A stretch of 64,000 nucleotides of DNA. It comes from a virus. Its lineage: Duplodnaviria > Caudoviricetes. Made by a program: the position numbers and the translations under genes. The DNA lies in the IMG/VR virus record IMGVR_UViG_3300002835_000122, positions 12,349 through 76,348 of that record; one strand, written 5' to 3'. A model generated the notes under the pieces. It worked only from the letters and a program-made list of their open reading frames with translations. It ran no database searches and had not been told where the DNA came from. This document shows positions 29,550 through 39,975 of the stretch, piece by piece. The first letter of the stretch is position 1. Each line of letters opens with the position of its first letter.

Positions 29550-32500
29550 TATCTAACACCGGCATTAATATCAATTTGCTCCGATCCAAAAGGATTCATA
29601 ACTGGAATAACAGACCCTGATACTCCCATGCCACTCATGAGTGATCTCAATCTTGATGCGGTGTCTGTTTGAGATCCAGATCCACCACCAAATCTAGGAT
29701 AGCTAGGATTAGATAAACTAGCTTCTTGTAGCTGTTGAGGATAGTAACCCATTTGCGACATTTCTAGACCCATACTTTGACCAATTTTTATTTTAACTTG
29801 ATCCATACTAGTGTTTGGGTGCCAACCCTCCCAGCTTTCATCTGGTAGTTCATGTCTAGCAAAGTAGTCACTTAACTCTGGCCTCTTCTCTACATCCATA
29901 CCCCAGGCTGCTTCATATATTCTTCTTTCAAGCCTTCCTGCTGTATCTAATATTCTTTTTCTTTCCTCTACAGGAGCATTAATCATAGCTTTAAAATGTT
30001 CTCTTTTTCTTTTGGGTATAGATAGAGAAAGCGATTCTATATCAGTTCCATATTTACCTGAATTTATATCTTCTATTGGAGCGCCGTACATTGTTCTCTT
30101 AGCGGCTGATTCATACTGGAAGGCTGCTCCTTTATCTCCAGCCATGTTAGCCATCTTAGCTAATCTAGTATTTTTAGTATAATTTAAGATGTCTGCGTAT
30201 TCTTCGAGCGCAAGTTCTTTTTTTCTAGTTCTAGGCATAAACTGTTCTCCAGTGATGGCCTCATTCGCTGAATGAAATGATGAGACGGTAAGCCCTGTTA
30301 TCGCTCCTAATGTGGACATCACCAATTTACCCTTAGAGGTTTCTCCAAAAAATGAACCAGCTACTGCTAAGGTTGCCGTTGCAGCTATCGGGTTTCTATT
30401 TGCAGCCTTATTTATCATGGGTTCTATAAAGCTTTCGAATGGCCTTTGCCATTCCGGGAAGGTTGCCCCGTATACGTTATTTCTTTCCCAATCCTCAGTC
30501 GCAGTTTGTTTGTTTATAAACTTCTTATTAATAAAAGTATCTCTATGGGCCAGCATTTCGCCCATCCTGCCAAGAGCGTGGAGATTTGGATTAATGCCCA
30601 TTTGCTCTGGAGTACTATTCTTGTATTTATATTCAGTAAATTCTTTTTTCTGTTGTAATGACGCTGCTCGTTCTCTGAGCTCTTGAACCTTTAATCTATC
30701 TGCGGGGCCGTCCACCATCGAGTCTATGGTTTTATCTAGTGATCTGAATTGCTTGGAATACGGGGCAACATCGCCAAGTATCTTGTATTGATCCATAATT
30801 CCATAACGACCAGAGGCGTCAGAGCTAAGTCTATTTAATCTTTCGTAAGCTACTCCAGGTAGTCTTAGTTCCCCTTCTGGGACTTTTGCAAACGGGTCAC
30901 CTGTAGTGAAATCGGTAAAATATTCTGATCCAGGAAGAAATGGATATTGTCTTCCCATCGTATTTTTAATTGGGTTTATATAATCAACGCCAGATCTTTC
31001 TTTAGGTATAAATCTTCTTGTTATTTCAGAAAACTCTATAGAACCTATTTGACCTCCACCTAACATGGGAACGTCTCCTAGGCCTCCTAGATTCAGATCC
31101 CAGAATTGTCTTCCAGTTCCATATGCCTTAGAAGCTGATTGTAGTACTGATCTTTGAGGTGTAAAATCTCTTTGGCCTAATCCAAAACTTTCTCGCATAC
31201 TGCTTGCTGCGAAACCATAAATTCCTAACATTTCTTGAGCTCTGTACCCAAATTCTTGTGCTTGGATTTGCGGATTGCCAACACTCAACGGACTGCCAGC
31301 GGGTACGATTCGTTGAGGCATGATTCCAGGTACTTTAGGTGGGCCATAAGCCATCTGCATGTATTGATTATTTATTCCTGATATTGTATTTCTAGTTTCA
31401 TTCCTTGCCGTGTTAAGAGATCCAGCCCTTCCGGCTAACATTGCGTTAGAAGACGCCTGTGCGCCGTTTGGAGGGCCTCCAAAGCCACCCATGGCCATTC
31501 CACCAGCGACTCCGCCCATACCGCCGAAAACGCCACCTCTACCACTAATGTATGGATCTGCATTGTATGCTCCAGATTGACCGGCTGGCACATAATTAGC
31601 TAAGCCGGCTGCTACTTCCTGCTGGTGCATCATTGTTTGAGGTTTTAATATTTTGCCGACAGTAGCATTTAAGGCTGGAACAAGCGGTCCGAATGGTCCA
31701 CTGAAATATTCGCCCGATACAGGATATGGTCTATCTTCAAAATGCTTCCGCTCATAGCGATATGGATCAAATGGTCTAAGCGGAGAAATGTCAGTATGGA
31801 ACAATGCTCTTTCTATTGGGCTCCCCATATTATCTGAGGTAAACATTGCTCCAGCTTCTAATTTTCTGTATATACTTGGGCGGTAATACATAATTTTTCC
31901 ACCCATAAATGGAGTATTGCCTAACGGCCAAAACCGACCTTGTCTAATGGCGACTTCGCCCTCAAATAATTGTTCTTTCTTTTCTTCAAAATTCATTCCA
32001 CCGGGAGTAATCCCAGAACCAAGAGCTTGTAAATTTCCTACTGCTTTAGCAGCTCCGCCGATGAAGAATGGCGAGTAAACTCTTTCTCCTCTATCATCCT
32101 TTTCGTTTACCATGCCACCGATAGTTCTGTCAGCCGTCATTATCCCTAGGCCAGCGCCATATAGTGGCAGAACTCTTTTGGTCACCATTCCACTTGTAAA
32201 TAAGCTTAAGGGAGAACCATATTGTGAAACATCAAGTTGTAGGCCAATGGTTCCAAAGTATTTATTTAACCTATCAATACTATGTGACACTGCTGTGGAT
32301 GCACTGGAGTAGCTTTCTCGGCTACTGTAGGTGTTAATGCCTGTAACACTTTTCAGTGCGCCTAGTGGATTTCTAGCAAAAACGGTTCCAAAAGTTGGAA
32401 CTAAAAGAGCATCAGAGCCTGGGCCCATAGATGAACCAAGAACGTCAGTAGCTGATTCCGATATTCGGTAAGGTGATGTGCTAAGTCTTGGGTATAATGC

Positions 32501-35500
32501 TTTTTTAATTAATCCAGACTTTCCCACTTCTCCTATTCTTTGTGAGGTTCCAGTAATGAAAGGATCTAGTAAACCTCCAGCACCTTTGTCTCCAGCTTCT
32601 CTGAGAACATCTGTGGCGTTTCTTAATGCACCTCTTTGTACTGCTAATTCACTCAGCCCAGCTTTATTAGCTCTCATGGAACTTAAGTTGAATAATGTTG
32701 AGAGTCCGGCAGCTTGTGCTTCTGCTAGTTGACCAGGTGGCAGCTGTTTAGCCATTGAGGTAATAATTTCATTCATCTGAATAAAAGTATTAGAAAAATT
32801 TCGCCCTGCTGCACCGGCTGAGCTCGATGCCAATAGCTCATTTCTTTGAACTAGATATTTATATATCTCGTCTTTAAGTGCATCTTCCCTTGTTAATATT
32901 GATGGGCTTGTCGATCTGATATGAGATCCCGAAAGTAAGTCATCTTTTTCTAAAAGCCTTCTAACTCTTTCGCCCATTTGATATAGGGTCTGAGTTTCGT
33001 AACCCATCTTTCCTATTGTTGAAGCGTCGTGCTTTGCTGCCTGAAGCACATCGTGAGCAAACTTCTGAGTATCTTGAATATTATTAAGTGAAGAAACTCT
33101 TCTACCATTGAACAATCCTATGCCGGCATCCTCGAGGCGCGTCATTATTTTTCTAGGCATTGCGCTCTTAAAAGATTGTTCTCTGAAGTTTTCAAATGCC
33201 CTTAGCATTTGTCCTTCGGTGATCATTTCCTGCTTAGTTCCTGGAGACACAGCTGTAGCTGCGCCAGTATCATCTGCAAAGTTTAATTTGAACTGCTTGC
33301 CTTTAACTTCCACTGTTTCGTTTTTAAGAAGGCGCGCAAAAAAAGCTGGGTTTTCTGGATCAGTTTTTCTTTTTGCAAATCTCGACAGCATCCGGCCTAT
33401 TGAATTGGGTTGCTCATAATCAATGTCAAATCTCTGCCTGAGAGCCAGTTCTCTTTCTGGGCTAACTCCAAGCCTCTTTAGTAGATTTGATCTATTTTTT
33501 CCATCAGCAAATTCTATTTCGTTAAGCGACTTAGCCTTACGCTCTGAGGCTGCATTTCTAGCAGACCTCGAAAGCATTTCGTTACTTCTTCTTGAAAGTG
33601 GCCTGTAGAAACCTTGTAGCTCCTTTGCTTCGAATTCATCCGTAAGCGATCCCTGCTTAAAGGCCATTACATTGCTTTTACTTTTACCTCCACCATATGA
33701 TAAAAAGAAGTCTGCGCCTTCTTCTCCCTTGGGAAGGAAGGGTTGAGATATCTTGCCCTGTTGTATTTGAAAAAATGTGCGTCCTGACATTTCATCAAAC
33801 GAACCCTTTCCAAACATTCGTGCTGGATTAAAGTTAACTATAGGAATCTTTAAATCATTGGCTAAAAAGTTGCCAACGTTTGATACAGATTCTTTTAATC
33901 CAGAAAAATCTAATACATTTCCAGATCGAGTAGTATATATTCCTTTCATTACGGAAACGCTAGATGATGTAGTCGTCGGATCCGCTAAGGCCATCCTCTT
34001 GGAAATTTCACCAAGTGCGACTTGTTCTTCTGCCCTGAGACCTGTAAATAGACCTTTGCTAACTCCCTCGTCTAGAGTCATAGCTTTCAGGCCAAATACA
34101 TTAAAACCGCTACTAAATATACCTGTACTTATTTGTTTTTCTCTGACCAAAAAACTTCTTAGGCCATCCAAATTGTCGGTATCTAAACCTCTTTTTCCTA
34201 ACCTTTCAGCCAGTATTGCGTTAGATACCTCTCTGCCATTTGCATCCTTTAAATTAATACCTAATCTTTGTGCTGATCTTTTAATTAGAAAATCTTTTTG
34301 GGAAACTGATAGATTATTTAAGTCCGCAAAGTCTTCGAAGTTGGCTTTTTTAGTTTTTAGAACTTTTGCTGCTGCTCGAGGAATTCCATTTTCTAGTAAA
34401 GAGTTCCATCCCTTTTGTGCCTTTGACATTATTGCGGCTTGAAATTCTTTTCCTTCAAATATTCTATTAGTATTTTCTATAGATGTTTTCAGGGCGTCTG
34501 TACTAAGAAAGCCTCCCTCAATCGGATCATCTACTGTTGTTGAAAATCTTTTTAATATTTCATTAAAAGCGTCATCGCCTTCTTTGATGATTTTAGTTTT
34601 GCCAATAGTTACTTTTCTGCTAGTTTCCGTAGCTGAACTACTAACGCTTATGTCATCTATAAATTTTTCTAAAGTTTCAGAAAATTTCTGTCGATTAGAA
34701 TTAGGTGCTAAGTCTAATATTTGCCTTTGAAGTAGCCTCTTATATTCTAACTGCTCTATTGACCTATGGAACTCCGAACCACTGAACGACTTACTGCCGA
34801 CTCCCCCGTCTCCTAGAGTAGCTATTCTATTAGCTAGTTTAGACGTTCCGCTGGAAAAGTTTGCCTGCACCGTCTTTATAATGCCCGTTAGATCATCAGA
34901 TGTCATGCCATCTTTACGTAGTGCCCCGCCCTTACGTAGTGCTTCATCAAAGCTTAACGCTTTATTTACTACGTCATATCCAATTCCAGTTTCTCTGAAT
35001 TTATTTACACCCTGATTGACTGCTCCGCCAATCCCTCTTAGTCCGGGTATTAAATCTACATAACCAAAATTGCCATCTGCTCCATCGCCAAATGCTAATC
35101 TTCGACCAAATATGGCAGCCCTTTTTAGGGTATTATCATCAGCAGAGTTTGCTAAGGCCTCTCTAGCTTTAGAGTTTCTTACGCTATGCAGGATTTGATT
35201 TATATTGGGTCGTTCTTGATAATACTTAGCAGTTGCTGCTCTAATGCCTGCTGAAGTTTGAGAAGAAACTTTTAAAGCCTGGTTTGTTATTTTGCCTAAA
35301 TCATGACCAACCTCTCCAAGAATATCATCTAAGTCAGTAAATCTCTGAGCTGCTTTTGTCTTAAAGGAACTAACCCCAGACGACCTTGCGACATCTCCCA
35401 TCGATTGTCTAAAGTTATGAAGAGATGATCTTGCGTTACCTGCTGCTGCACCGGCTGCCTCAAACGGCAGTATCATTGTAGCTAAGGCTATTGATGATTC

Positions 35501-36187
35501 TTTAACAAAATCTGTAACAACATCTACTGGATTATACCAATTGACTTTAGGCTTATCTTCTCTTCCCCCAAAGATCGGGTCCACTAAGGCTTTTTGTCCA
35601 ACATATAGTGCTGGCAATTCATATGGCATGCGCCTTGCAGAGGCGACCATTCTGGTTTGTATAGAGTCCCTAAGGGACCAAATTGCTGCTGGCTCACCTT
35701 CAATGCCCTTGCCGGCCTGATTGAGTTCTGCGGTAGTAAAATAATTTCCTTGGTCAGTTAACTTTGTTTGACCTGCAGTTAGCCTGCCGTTGCTTTCAAA
35801 AACTAGTTTACTGTATGGGTCTAGCTGATCTGGATCCGCTCCGTCTATAGCTCTATTGACGCCACCTAGTTGGTCCAACTCTTTTCTGAGTCCAGTAAGG
35901 CTTTTTACCGTCCTTGAGGAAAAGCCTTCTGGATTGATAGATGCATGATCCTGAAGCGTTTTAGCTAGCTTCAAGCCACCTTCTTTGGTGACCTTGCTAA
36001 GGACGAACATTGCTCCCAGAGTTGCTGCGCTTGTTGCAAAGAACCTTAGTACTGGATGGCCATTTAAGGCCTTGCTTACAAAGCCAGAGTTAGGAGCATC
36101 ACCTCGCTCCTCATCATTCATTGTTGGTAGGTCTCTAGACGTTACATTGTAACCTAAGTTTTGTATGGGTCCTGGATCTCTTACCAC
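29549..36187 (-). CDS. Tape-measure-like / ejection protein (2212 aa)
   Basis: Directly downstream of tail chaperones; helical, G/A-rich, several hydrophobic segments; GTG start. Confidence 0.7.
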   Translation of the reverse strand: MVRDPGPIQNLGYNVTSRDLPTMNDEERGDAPNSGFVSKALNGHPVLRFFATSAATLGAMFVLSKVTKEGGLKLAKTLQDHASINPEGFSSRTVKSLTGLRKELDQLGGVNRAIDGADPDQLDPYSKLVFESNGRLTAGQTKLTDQGNYFTTAELNQAGKGIEGEPAAIWSLRDSIQTRMVASARRMPYELPALYVGQKALVDPIFGGREDKPKVNWYNPVDVVTDFVKESSIALATMILPFEAAGAAAGNARSSLHNFRQSMGDVARSSGVSSFKTKAAQRFTDLDDILGEVGHDLGKITNQALKVSSQTSAGIRAATAKYYQERPNINQILHSVRNSKAREALANSADDNTLKRAAIFGRRLAFGDGADGNFGYVDLIPGLRGIGGAVNQGVNKFRETGIGYDVVNKALSFDEALRKGGALRKDGMTSDDLTGIIKTVQANFSSGTSKLANRIATLGDGGVGSKSFSGSEFHRSIEQLEYKRLLQRQILDLAPNSNRQKFSETLEKFIDDISVSSSATETSRKVTIGKTKIIKEGDDAFNEILKRFSTTVDDPIEGGFLSTDALKTSIENTNRIFEGKEFQAAIMSKAQKGWNSLLENGIPRAAAKVLKTKKANFEDFADLNNLSVSQKDFLIKRSAQRLGINLKDANGREVSNAILAERLGKRGLDTDNLDGLRSFLVREKQISTGIFSSGFNVFGLKAMTLDEGVSKGLFTGLRAEEQVALGEISKRMALADPTTTSSSVSVMKGIYTTRSGNVLDFSGLKESVSNVGNFLANDLKIPIVNFNPARMFGKGSFDEMSGRTFFQIQQGKISQPFLPKGEEGADFFLSYGGGKSKSNVMAFKQGSLTDEFEAKELQGFYRPLSRRSNEMLSRSARNAASERKAKSLNEIEFADGKNRSNLLKRLGVSPERELALRQRFDIDYEQPNSIGRMLSRFAKRKTDPENPAFFARLLKNETVEVKGKQFKLNFADDTGAATAVSPGTKQEMITEGQMLRAFENFREQSFKSAMPRKIMTRLEDAGIGLFNGRRVSSLNNIQDTQKFAHDVLQAAKHDASTIGKMGYETQTLYQMGERVRRLLEKDDLLSGSHIRSTSPSILTREDALKDEIYKYLVQRNELLASSSAGAAGRNFSNTFIQMNEIITSMAKQLPPGQLAEAQAAGLSTLFNLSSMRANKAGLSELAVQRGALRNATDVLREAGDKGAGGLLDPFITGTSQRIGEVGKSGLIKKALYPRLSTSPYRISESATDVLGSSMGPGSDALLVPTFGTVFARNPLGALKSVTGINTYSSRESYSSASTAVSHSIDRLNKYFGTIGLQLDVSQYGSPLSLFTSGMVTKRVLPLYGAGLGIMTADRTIGGMVNEKDDRGERVYSPFFIGGAAKAVGNLQALGSGITPGGMNFEEKKEQLFEGEVAIRQGRFWPLGNTPFMGGKIMYYRPSIYRKLEAGAMFTSDNMGSPIERALFHTDISPLRPFDPYRYERKHFEDRPYPVSGEYFSGPFGPLVPALNATVGKILKPQTMMHQQEVAAGLANYVPAGQSGAYNADPYISGRGGVFGGMGGVAGGMAMGGFGGPPNGAQASSNAMLAGRAGSLNTARNETRNTISGINNQYMQMAYGPPKVPGIMPQRIVPAGSPLSVGNPQIQAQEFGYRAQEMLGIYGFAASSMRESFGLGQRDFTPQRSVLQSASKAYGTGRQFWDLNLGGLGDVPMLGGGQIGSIEFSEITRRFIPKERSGVDYINPIKNTMGRQYPFLPGSEYFTDFTTGDPFAKVPEGELRLPGVAYERLNRLSSDASGRYGIMDQYKILGDVAPYSKQFRSLDKTIDSMVDGPADRLKVQELRERAASLQQKKEFTEYKYKNSTPEQMGINPNLHALGRMGEMLAHRDTFINKKFINKQTATEDWERNNVYGATFPEWQRPFESFIEPMINKAANRNPIAATATLAVAGSFFGETSKGKLVMSTLGAITGLTVSSFHSANEAITGEQFMPRTRKKELALEEYADILNYTKNTRLAKMANMAGDKGAAFQYESAAKRTMYGAPIEDINSGKYGTDIESLSLSIPKRKREHFKAMINAPVEERKRILDTAGRLERRIYEAAWGMDVEKRPELSDYFARHELPDESWEGWHPNTSMDQVKIKIGQSMGLEMSQMGYYPQQLQEASLSNPSYPRFGGGSGSQTDTASRLRSLMSGMGVSGSVIPVMNPFGSEQIDINAGVR

Positions 36188-36201
36188 GTTTTTTCCTTAG
36201 C

Positions 36202-36831
36202 TCAGCCTGAACCCCACAGCTTTTGAGCAATGGGGTCTTGATAAGCTGCTTCTCCTTCTTTCTTAGAAAGATTATGACGAGCAGCTGAAACTTTTTGTTT
36301 TTCTACTTCTTCTTGTGGGTCAATCAATTGCAAAGTCAAATTGGTTGGCTCCATGCCATTCATGTTCTGTTTAATTTCAATTATTTTTTCTGAAAGAGCT
36401 ACATTTTCAGCTAATTCAGAGAATGTCATATTCTCTAAATCATCTGGAGTATATGTAGATATAGTAGCGAGAACAAAGGCTTTCATTAAATTCTTAACTT
36501 CTGTAGCTTGATATCTTTTTTCTTCAAGAACGCTTTTAGCTAAGGATACGGTAAAGAAACCTGATATATCTAATATCTCTTGAGACAATGAAGAAACTGC
36601 CCCAGGAGGTATTGACATTAGGTCAAAATCTTCTGGATGGATAATAGCGTATGACAAGATTAAGTCTTCCATATCTGCGGAAGAAAAACCATCCAAACCT
36701 TGTAGGTATAATATTTTATTATATTCTTTAAAGGTTAGTTCTCTAAAAACTAAAGATTGACCTTTAACGTCAACGCTGTAGATATTTCCATATTTACTTT
36801 TTAAAGCAAATACTAACTCTGGATCTATCAT
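36202..36831 (-). CDS. Tail assembly chaperone, paralog 2
   Basis: KSKYGNIY...VFRELTFKEY...SQEILDISGF; between tube and tape genes; similar to the upstream gene. Confidence 0.7.
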   Translation of the reverse strand: MIDPELVFALKSKYGNIYSVDVKGQSLVFRELTFKEYNKILYLQGLDGFSSADMEDLILSYAIIHPEDFDLMSIPPGAVSSLSQEILDISGFFTVSLAKSVLEEKRYQATEVKNLMKAFVLATISTYTPDDLENMTFSELAENVALSEKIIEIKQNMNGMEPTNLTLQLIDPQEEVEKQKVSAARHNLSKKEGEAAYQDPIAQKLWGSG

Positions 36832-36834
36832 ATG

Positions 36835-37389
36835 TTACAGCTGTCTTACCTCTAGCGCCACGAAGCCCGAAGCCTCTAGTACCTCTTGAGCAATCAGGGA
36901 TGGAAGGCCAGCCATAAATCCAACAGCGTTGTTCTTATCAAACTTTGGATAAAGCATACACAGTTCAGATATGGTCTCTTCATTCCAGAGATTAGCTTCT
37001 GCTGTGGTTAATTGTCCTGCCTGAACTAACTGTTCCATTTTCTTAACTATCTGCTTATATTCAGCGCGATTCAAAACTCTCCACACGATATGCTTATCGT
37101 AGGTAATGGAAGTGACGTAGATATCGCCGTACTGCTTTTTCCAGTCTTTGACTGTGCCAGCTAATGGCCCACCATTCCAGATTGCTTCTTCGTCCGGAAC
37201 ATCTTCTATATCTTGATAGTCAACATTTACTTCTGGATCTTCTGTGTCTTCTAAGTTAGGAGAATATCCCGATAAAAGGTCACTTGCCTTTGGGTCATCC
37301 GATAACTCTAAGTCTACAGTAGTAGTTTCAAAGTCTTCTCCAGATTCAATATCTAAATTTTTAATAACAACTTTTCTCTTGGAATCCAT
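36835..37389 (-). CDS. Tail assembly chaperone, paralog 1
   Basis: WKKQYGDIY...VWRVLNRAEY...AQEVLEASGF; acidic N-terminus; synteny. Confidence 0.75.
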   Translation of the reverse strand: MDSKRKVVIKNLDIESGEDFETTTVDLELSDDPKASDLLSGYSPNLEDTEDPEVNVDYQDIEDVPDEEAIWNGGPLAGTVKDWKKQYGDIYVTSITYDKHIVWRVLNRAEYKQIVKKMEQLVQAGQLTTAEANLWNEETISELCMLYPKFDKNNAVGFMAGLPSLIAQEVLEASGFVALEVRQL

Positions 37390-37417
37390 AATTACTCTCT
37401 TTCATTTCAATTAATTC

Positions 37418-37446
37418 ATTATATCATATAATACTTATTTAAGCAA
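37418..37446 (-). promoter_or_regulatory. Sigma70-type promoter upstream of tail chaperones
   Basis: Minus strand reads TTGCTT-17 nt-TATAAT with extended -10 (TGaTATAAT). Confidence 0.7.
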
Positions 37447-37490
37447 GCACTTTTAGCGCTTAAAAACTGAGTCGCATTCCTTATTGACTC

Positions 37491-38432
37491 CTACCTTCTC
37501 TGTAAATTGCCCACTGTAGATGTCGTTGTTGCCGCAGCTGCAGCTGCTTCTGCTCTTGCAGAAAGGTTAGAGACCACGCTAGATTTAACAAACGAAATGT
37601 TGCTTTCGGTGAAGTAGTGATCTCTTGCCATGAATTGGTAACTTTCGCCAATAGGCTGACCACCCGGCCCGTATGCTATTGACATATTTGTTAAATTTAC
37701 TTCCTGTATAACTATCTTCATGGGCTTAGTGATTCCATCCGAATTAACGGTTCTTTGATTGACATCAGAAATCATCATTCTGTCTATGTTGTCGGAAATA
37801 TTAGTATCTTCGGATTGATATACATTTAATGGAGACAGTGCCACTTCTTCCAATCCATATACTATAATTAGATTGAATGGTGGATGGGCGCTAAATATAT
37901 TTCTGTTGGAATTTTGTATATTCTTAGCAAAGGGATCATCTGTCATTCTGTCTAGCTGACCTCTAGCCCAATACTTCTCTACTAACTTTTCTTCTTCTTC
38001 TGTTTCAAAACTAGATCTTAAGTCAGATATTGTTCCATTAGTTGAACCGTTTTTTCTTTCCGTAAGAGCCCTAACAGCGGCTGCTTTTTCTAAAAGCTCT
38101 GTCATTCGTCTTGGATACTTGGAAAACATTGTTATTTCTCCGGTAATAATTCTAGTGCCGTACATCATAGCATCGTAGTTATAGGACCAGAATCCATATA
38201 ATGGCTGCTTTTCTTGTCTTACGTTAAAAGCAAAATTGGCAATATCTAGTTCATCTTCAGGGGAGAATAATCCGTCGATATATATTCGGATATCTTCTCC
38301 GCTGAAATAATAATCATAATAATTACTAAAGCGTAGATCGCCCTGTTTTCCGCCACTCCATACGGCATCTATTGTTCCATGAAGTGGGTCAAATTCTCTT
38401 ATTTTGTTATTGTCTATGTTTCTAATTGTCAT
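37491..38432 (-). CDS. Tail tube-like protein, paralog 3 (probable tube initiator)
   Basis: YFSGEDIRIYI...NVRQEKQPLYGFWSY...GTRIITGEI resembles the other two tube genes. Confidence 0.7.
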   Translation of the reverse strand: MTIRNIDNNKIREFDPLHGTIDAVWSGGKQGDLRFSNYYDYYFSGEDIRIYIDGLFSPEDELDIANFAFNVRQEKQPLYGFWSYNYDAMMYGTRIITGEITMFSKYPRRMTELLEKAAAVRALTERKNGSTNGTISDLRSSFETEEEEKLVEKYWARGQLDRMTDDPFAKNIQNSNRNIFSAHPPFNLIIVYGLEEVALSPLNVYQSEDTNISDNIDRMMISDVNQRTVNSDGITKPMKIVIQEVNLTNMSIAYGPGGQPIGESYQFMARDHYFTESNISFVKSSVVSNLSARAEAAAAAATTTSTVGNLQRR

Positions 38433-39214
38433 TCTGGAGGCTTTACCTGAGTTGTATTATTTTCGTTCTTTTTAGGATTATATTTCTTTTCATAGTATTC
38501 TTCTTCATTTAAGGAAGCTAGCTCTTCTACTATAAGATCGCCAAATATATTTGAACCAATATTTAAATCTCTTGATTTCATTGCCTGTGTATATGTCGGA
38601 TCAGTGGGCACTAAACTATCATTCGGCATCTTGATAAGTGGCTGGATTCCTCTTGCCATATATGTATATGTCTGCTCTGTTATCAAGTCATCTATGGATA
38701 GTGTTTGACCTTCGTCAACTATAGTAACTCCAAAAATTTTCATCTTAGCCCCAATTCCATATTCATTAAAAAATGTAATGACAATATCGAATGGTGGCAA
38801 CATATCTGCAAGCGGAGCAAAAAAGCCTTGCTTCCTGGCTAGGTATTCTCTAAACTGCTTTATTCTATAGAAAGCATACTCGTTAAAAACGGTAAATATT
38901 AAACTTCCGGCAATCGTTCTTCCACCCTTAACGAAACCCCTGACATTTACATGGCCCAATGTTCTTATGGGGGAGTTCTCTCTGTGTATAGAGTATGAAA
39001 TAGTTTGAAGTTCACCGAGAGTTATTACGTCGCCGACAGCTTCAACGTTACCTGTTTTACCTATCACTGGAACTATCATAGTCGCTACTGCGTCTGCTCC
39101 AGAGAAGGACATATTTGACATGTATTTATCAAAGTCGAATAAGTCAGTACCAGCGTTTTCTTTATTCTCTTCTTTTTTTGTCAACTTAAAAGGGAATGTT
39201 TGCCCTCGTGTCAT
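38429..39214 (-). CDS. Tail tube-like protein, paralog 2
   Basis: SFSGADAVA...GELQTISYSIHRENSPIRTLG...RTIAGSLIFTVF...ADMLPPFDIVITFFNEYG, clearly similar to 39287..39949. Confidence 0.8.
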   Translation of the reverse strand: MTRGQTFPFKLTKKEENKENAGTDLFDFDKYMSNMSFSGADAVATMIVPVIGKTGNVEAVGDVITLGELQTISYSIHRENSPIRTLGHVNVRGFVKGGRTIAGSLIFTVFNEYAFYRIKQFREYLARKQGFFAPLADMLPPFDIVITFFNEYGIGAKMKIFGVTIVDEGQTLSIDDLITEQTYTYMARGIQPLIKMPNDSLVPTDPTYTQAMKSRDLNIGSNIFGDLIVEELASLNEEEYYEKKYNPKKNENNTTQVKPPE

Positions 39215-39224
39215 ATGTTTCTCC

Positions 39225-39268
39225 TAAAAATAAAAAGGTGCATGGAAGAAGCCTCCCATGCACCTTTC
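39225..39268 (-). terminator. Rho-independent terminator after the major tube gene
   Basis: Inverted repeat aaggtgcatgg...ccatgcacctt followed on the minus strand by a T tract. Confidence 0.85.
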
Positions 39269-39286
39269 ACATAAAATTACACTCTA

Positions 39287-39949
39287 TCAGGGTCTGATAA
39301 TTGTGGTGTTCAATCCTTCAGGCGGAATGCCTACCAGATTAGTCGGATCGACAAGAGTATCATTTCTGATGACATACATGGGACCAAGCTCACGAGCTAC
39401 ATAGGTCATTGTTTCTTCAATAACGATATCGTCCATTGATGCGCCCGAACCTTCGTTCAAAAGTTCGCAACCATAGATTGATCTTACTGCAGCTTGACCG
39501 TATTCGTTAGCAAAAGTCACGGTAATGTCAAATGGCGGAATCTGATCAGCGTAGTAAGGAACTTTTCTTACGACGCCAGTCTTCTGCTCGTTGACATCAG
39601 CAATACCTCGTCTGTGACCATTGTCGCCAGGTAATGTATTGTGGCTTCTTGTGTAGAAGTCCATGGGTCTGTTTTGTGTATAGTTTTGTTCCAACATCTT
39701 ATAAAGCGCGGGACGATCAAACACTGTAAAGATTAAAGAGCCAGCTATTCCTCTTTTGCCTCTTGAGAAAGAGCGAGGATTAGGTGAACCCATAGTATAG
39801 ATTGGAGCCTTTTCTCTAGTGACAGAGAACGTAATGCCTGATAAGGCACCGATCTCTACTCCACCAAATGTGGCTACAATGTCCGCTCCTGAGAACGTGG
39901 TGTAAGTATTGAGATACTTATTAACTGATGTATATTCTTCTGCTGCCAT
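39287..39949 (-). CDS. Major tail tube protein
   Basis: TFSGADIVATFG...SVTREKAPIYTMGS...RGKRGIAGSLIFTVFDR...ADQIPPFDIT; directly after sheath; SD GGAGG; followed by terminator. Confidence 0.85.
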   Translation of the reverse strand: MAAEEYTSVNKYLNTYTTFSGADIVATFGGVEIGALSGITFSVTREKAPIYTMGSPNPRSFSRGKRGIAGSLIFTVFDRPALYKMLEQNYTQNRPMDFYTRSHNTLPGDNGHRRGIADVNEQKTGVVRKVPYYADQIPPFDITVTFANEYGQAAVRSIYGCELLNEGSGASMDDIVIEETMTYVARELGPMYVIRNDTLVDPTNLVGIPPEGLNTTIIRP

Positions 39950-39975
39950 TTAAGTTACCCTCCTAGTCGGTAAAT

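Noticed and set aside
34915-34943. Short direct repeat ttacgtagtgc x2 (ALRKGGALRKDG)
   Set aside because: Single in-frame micro-duplication with no evidence of a functional array.
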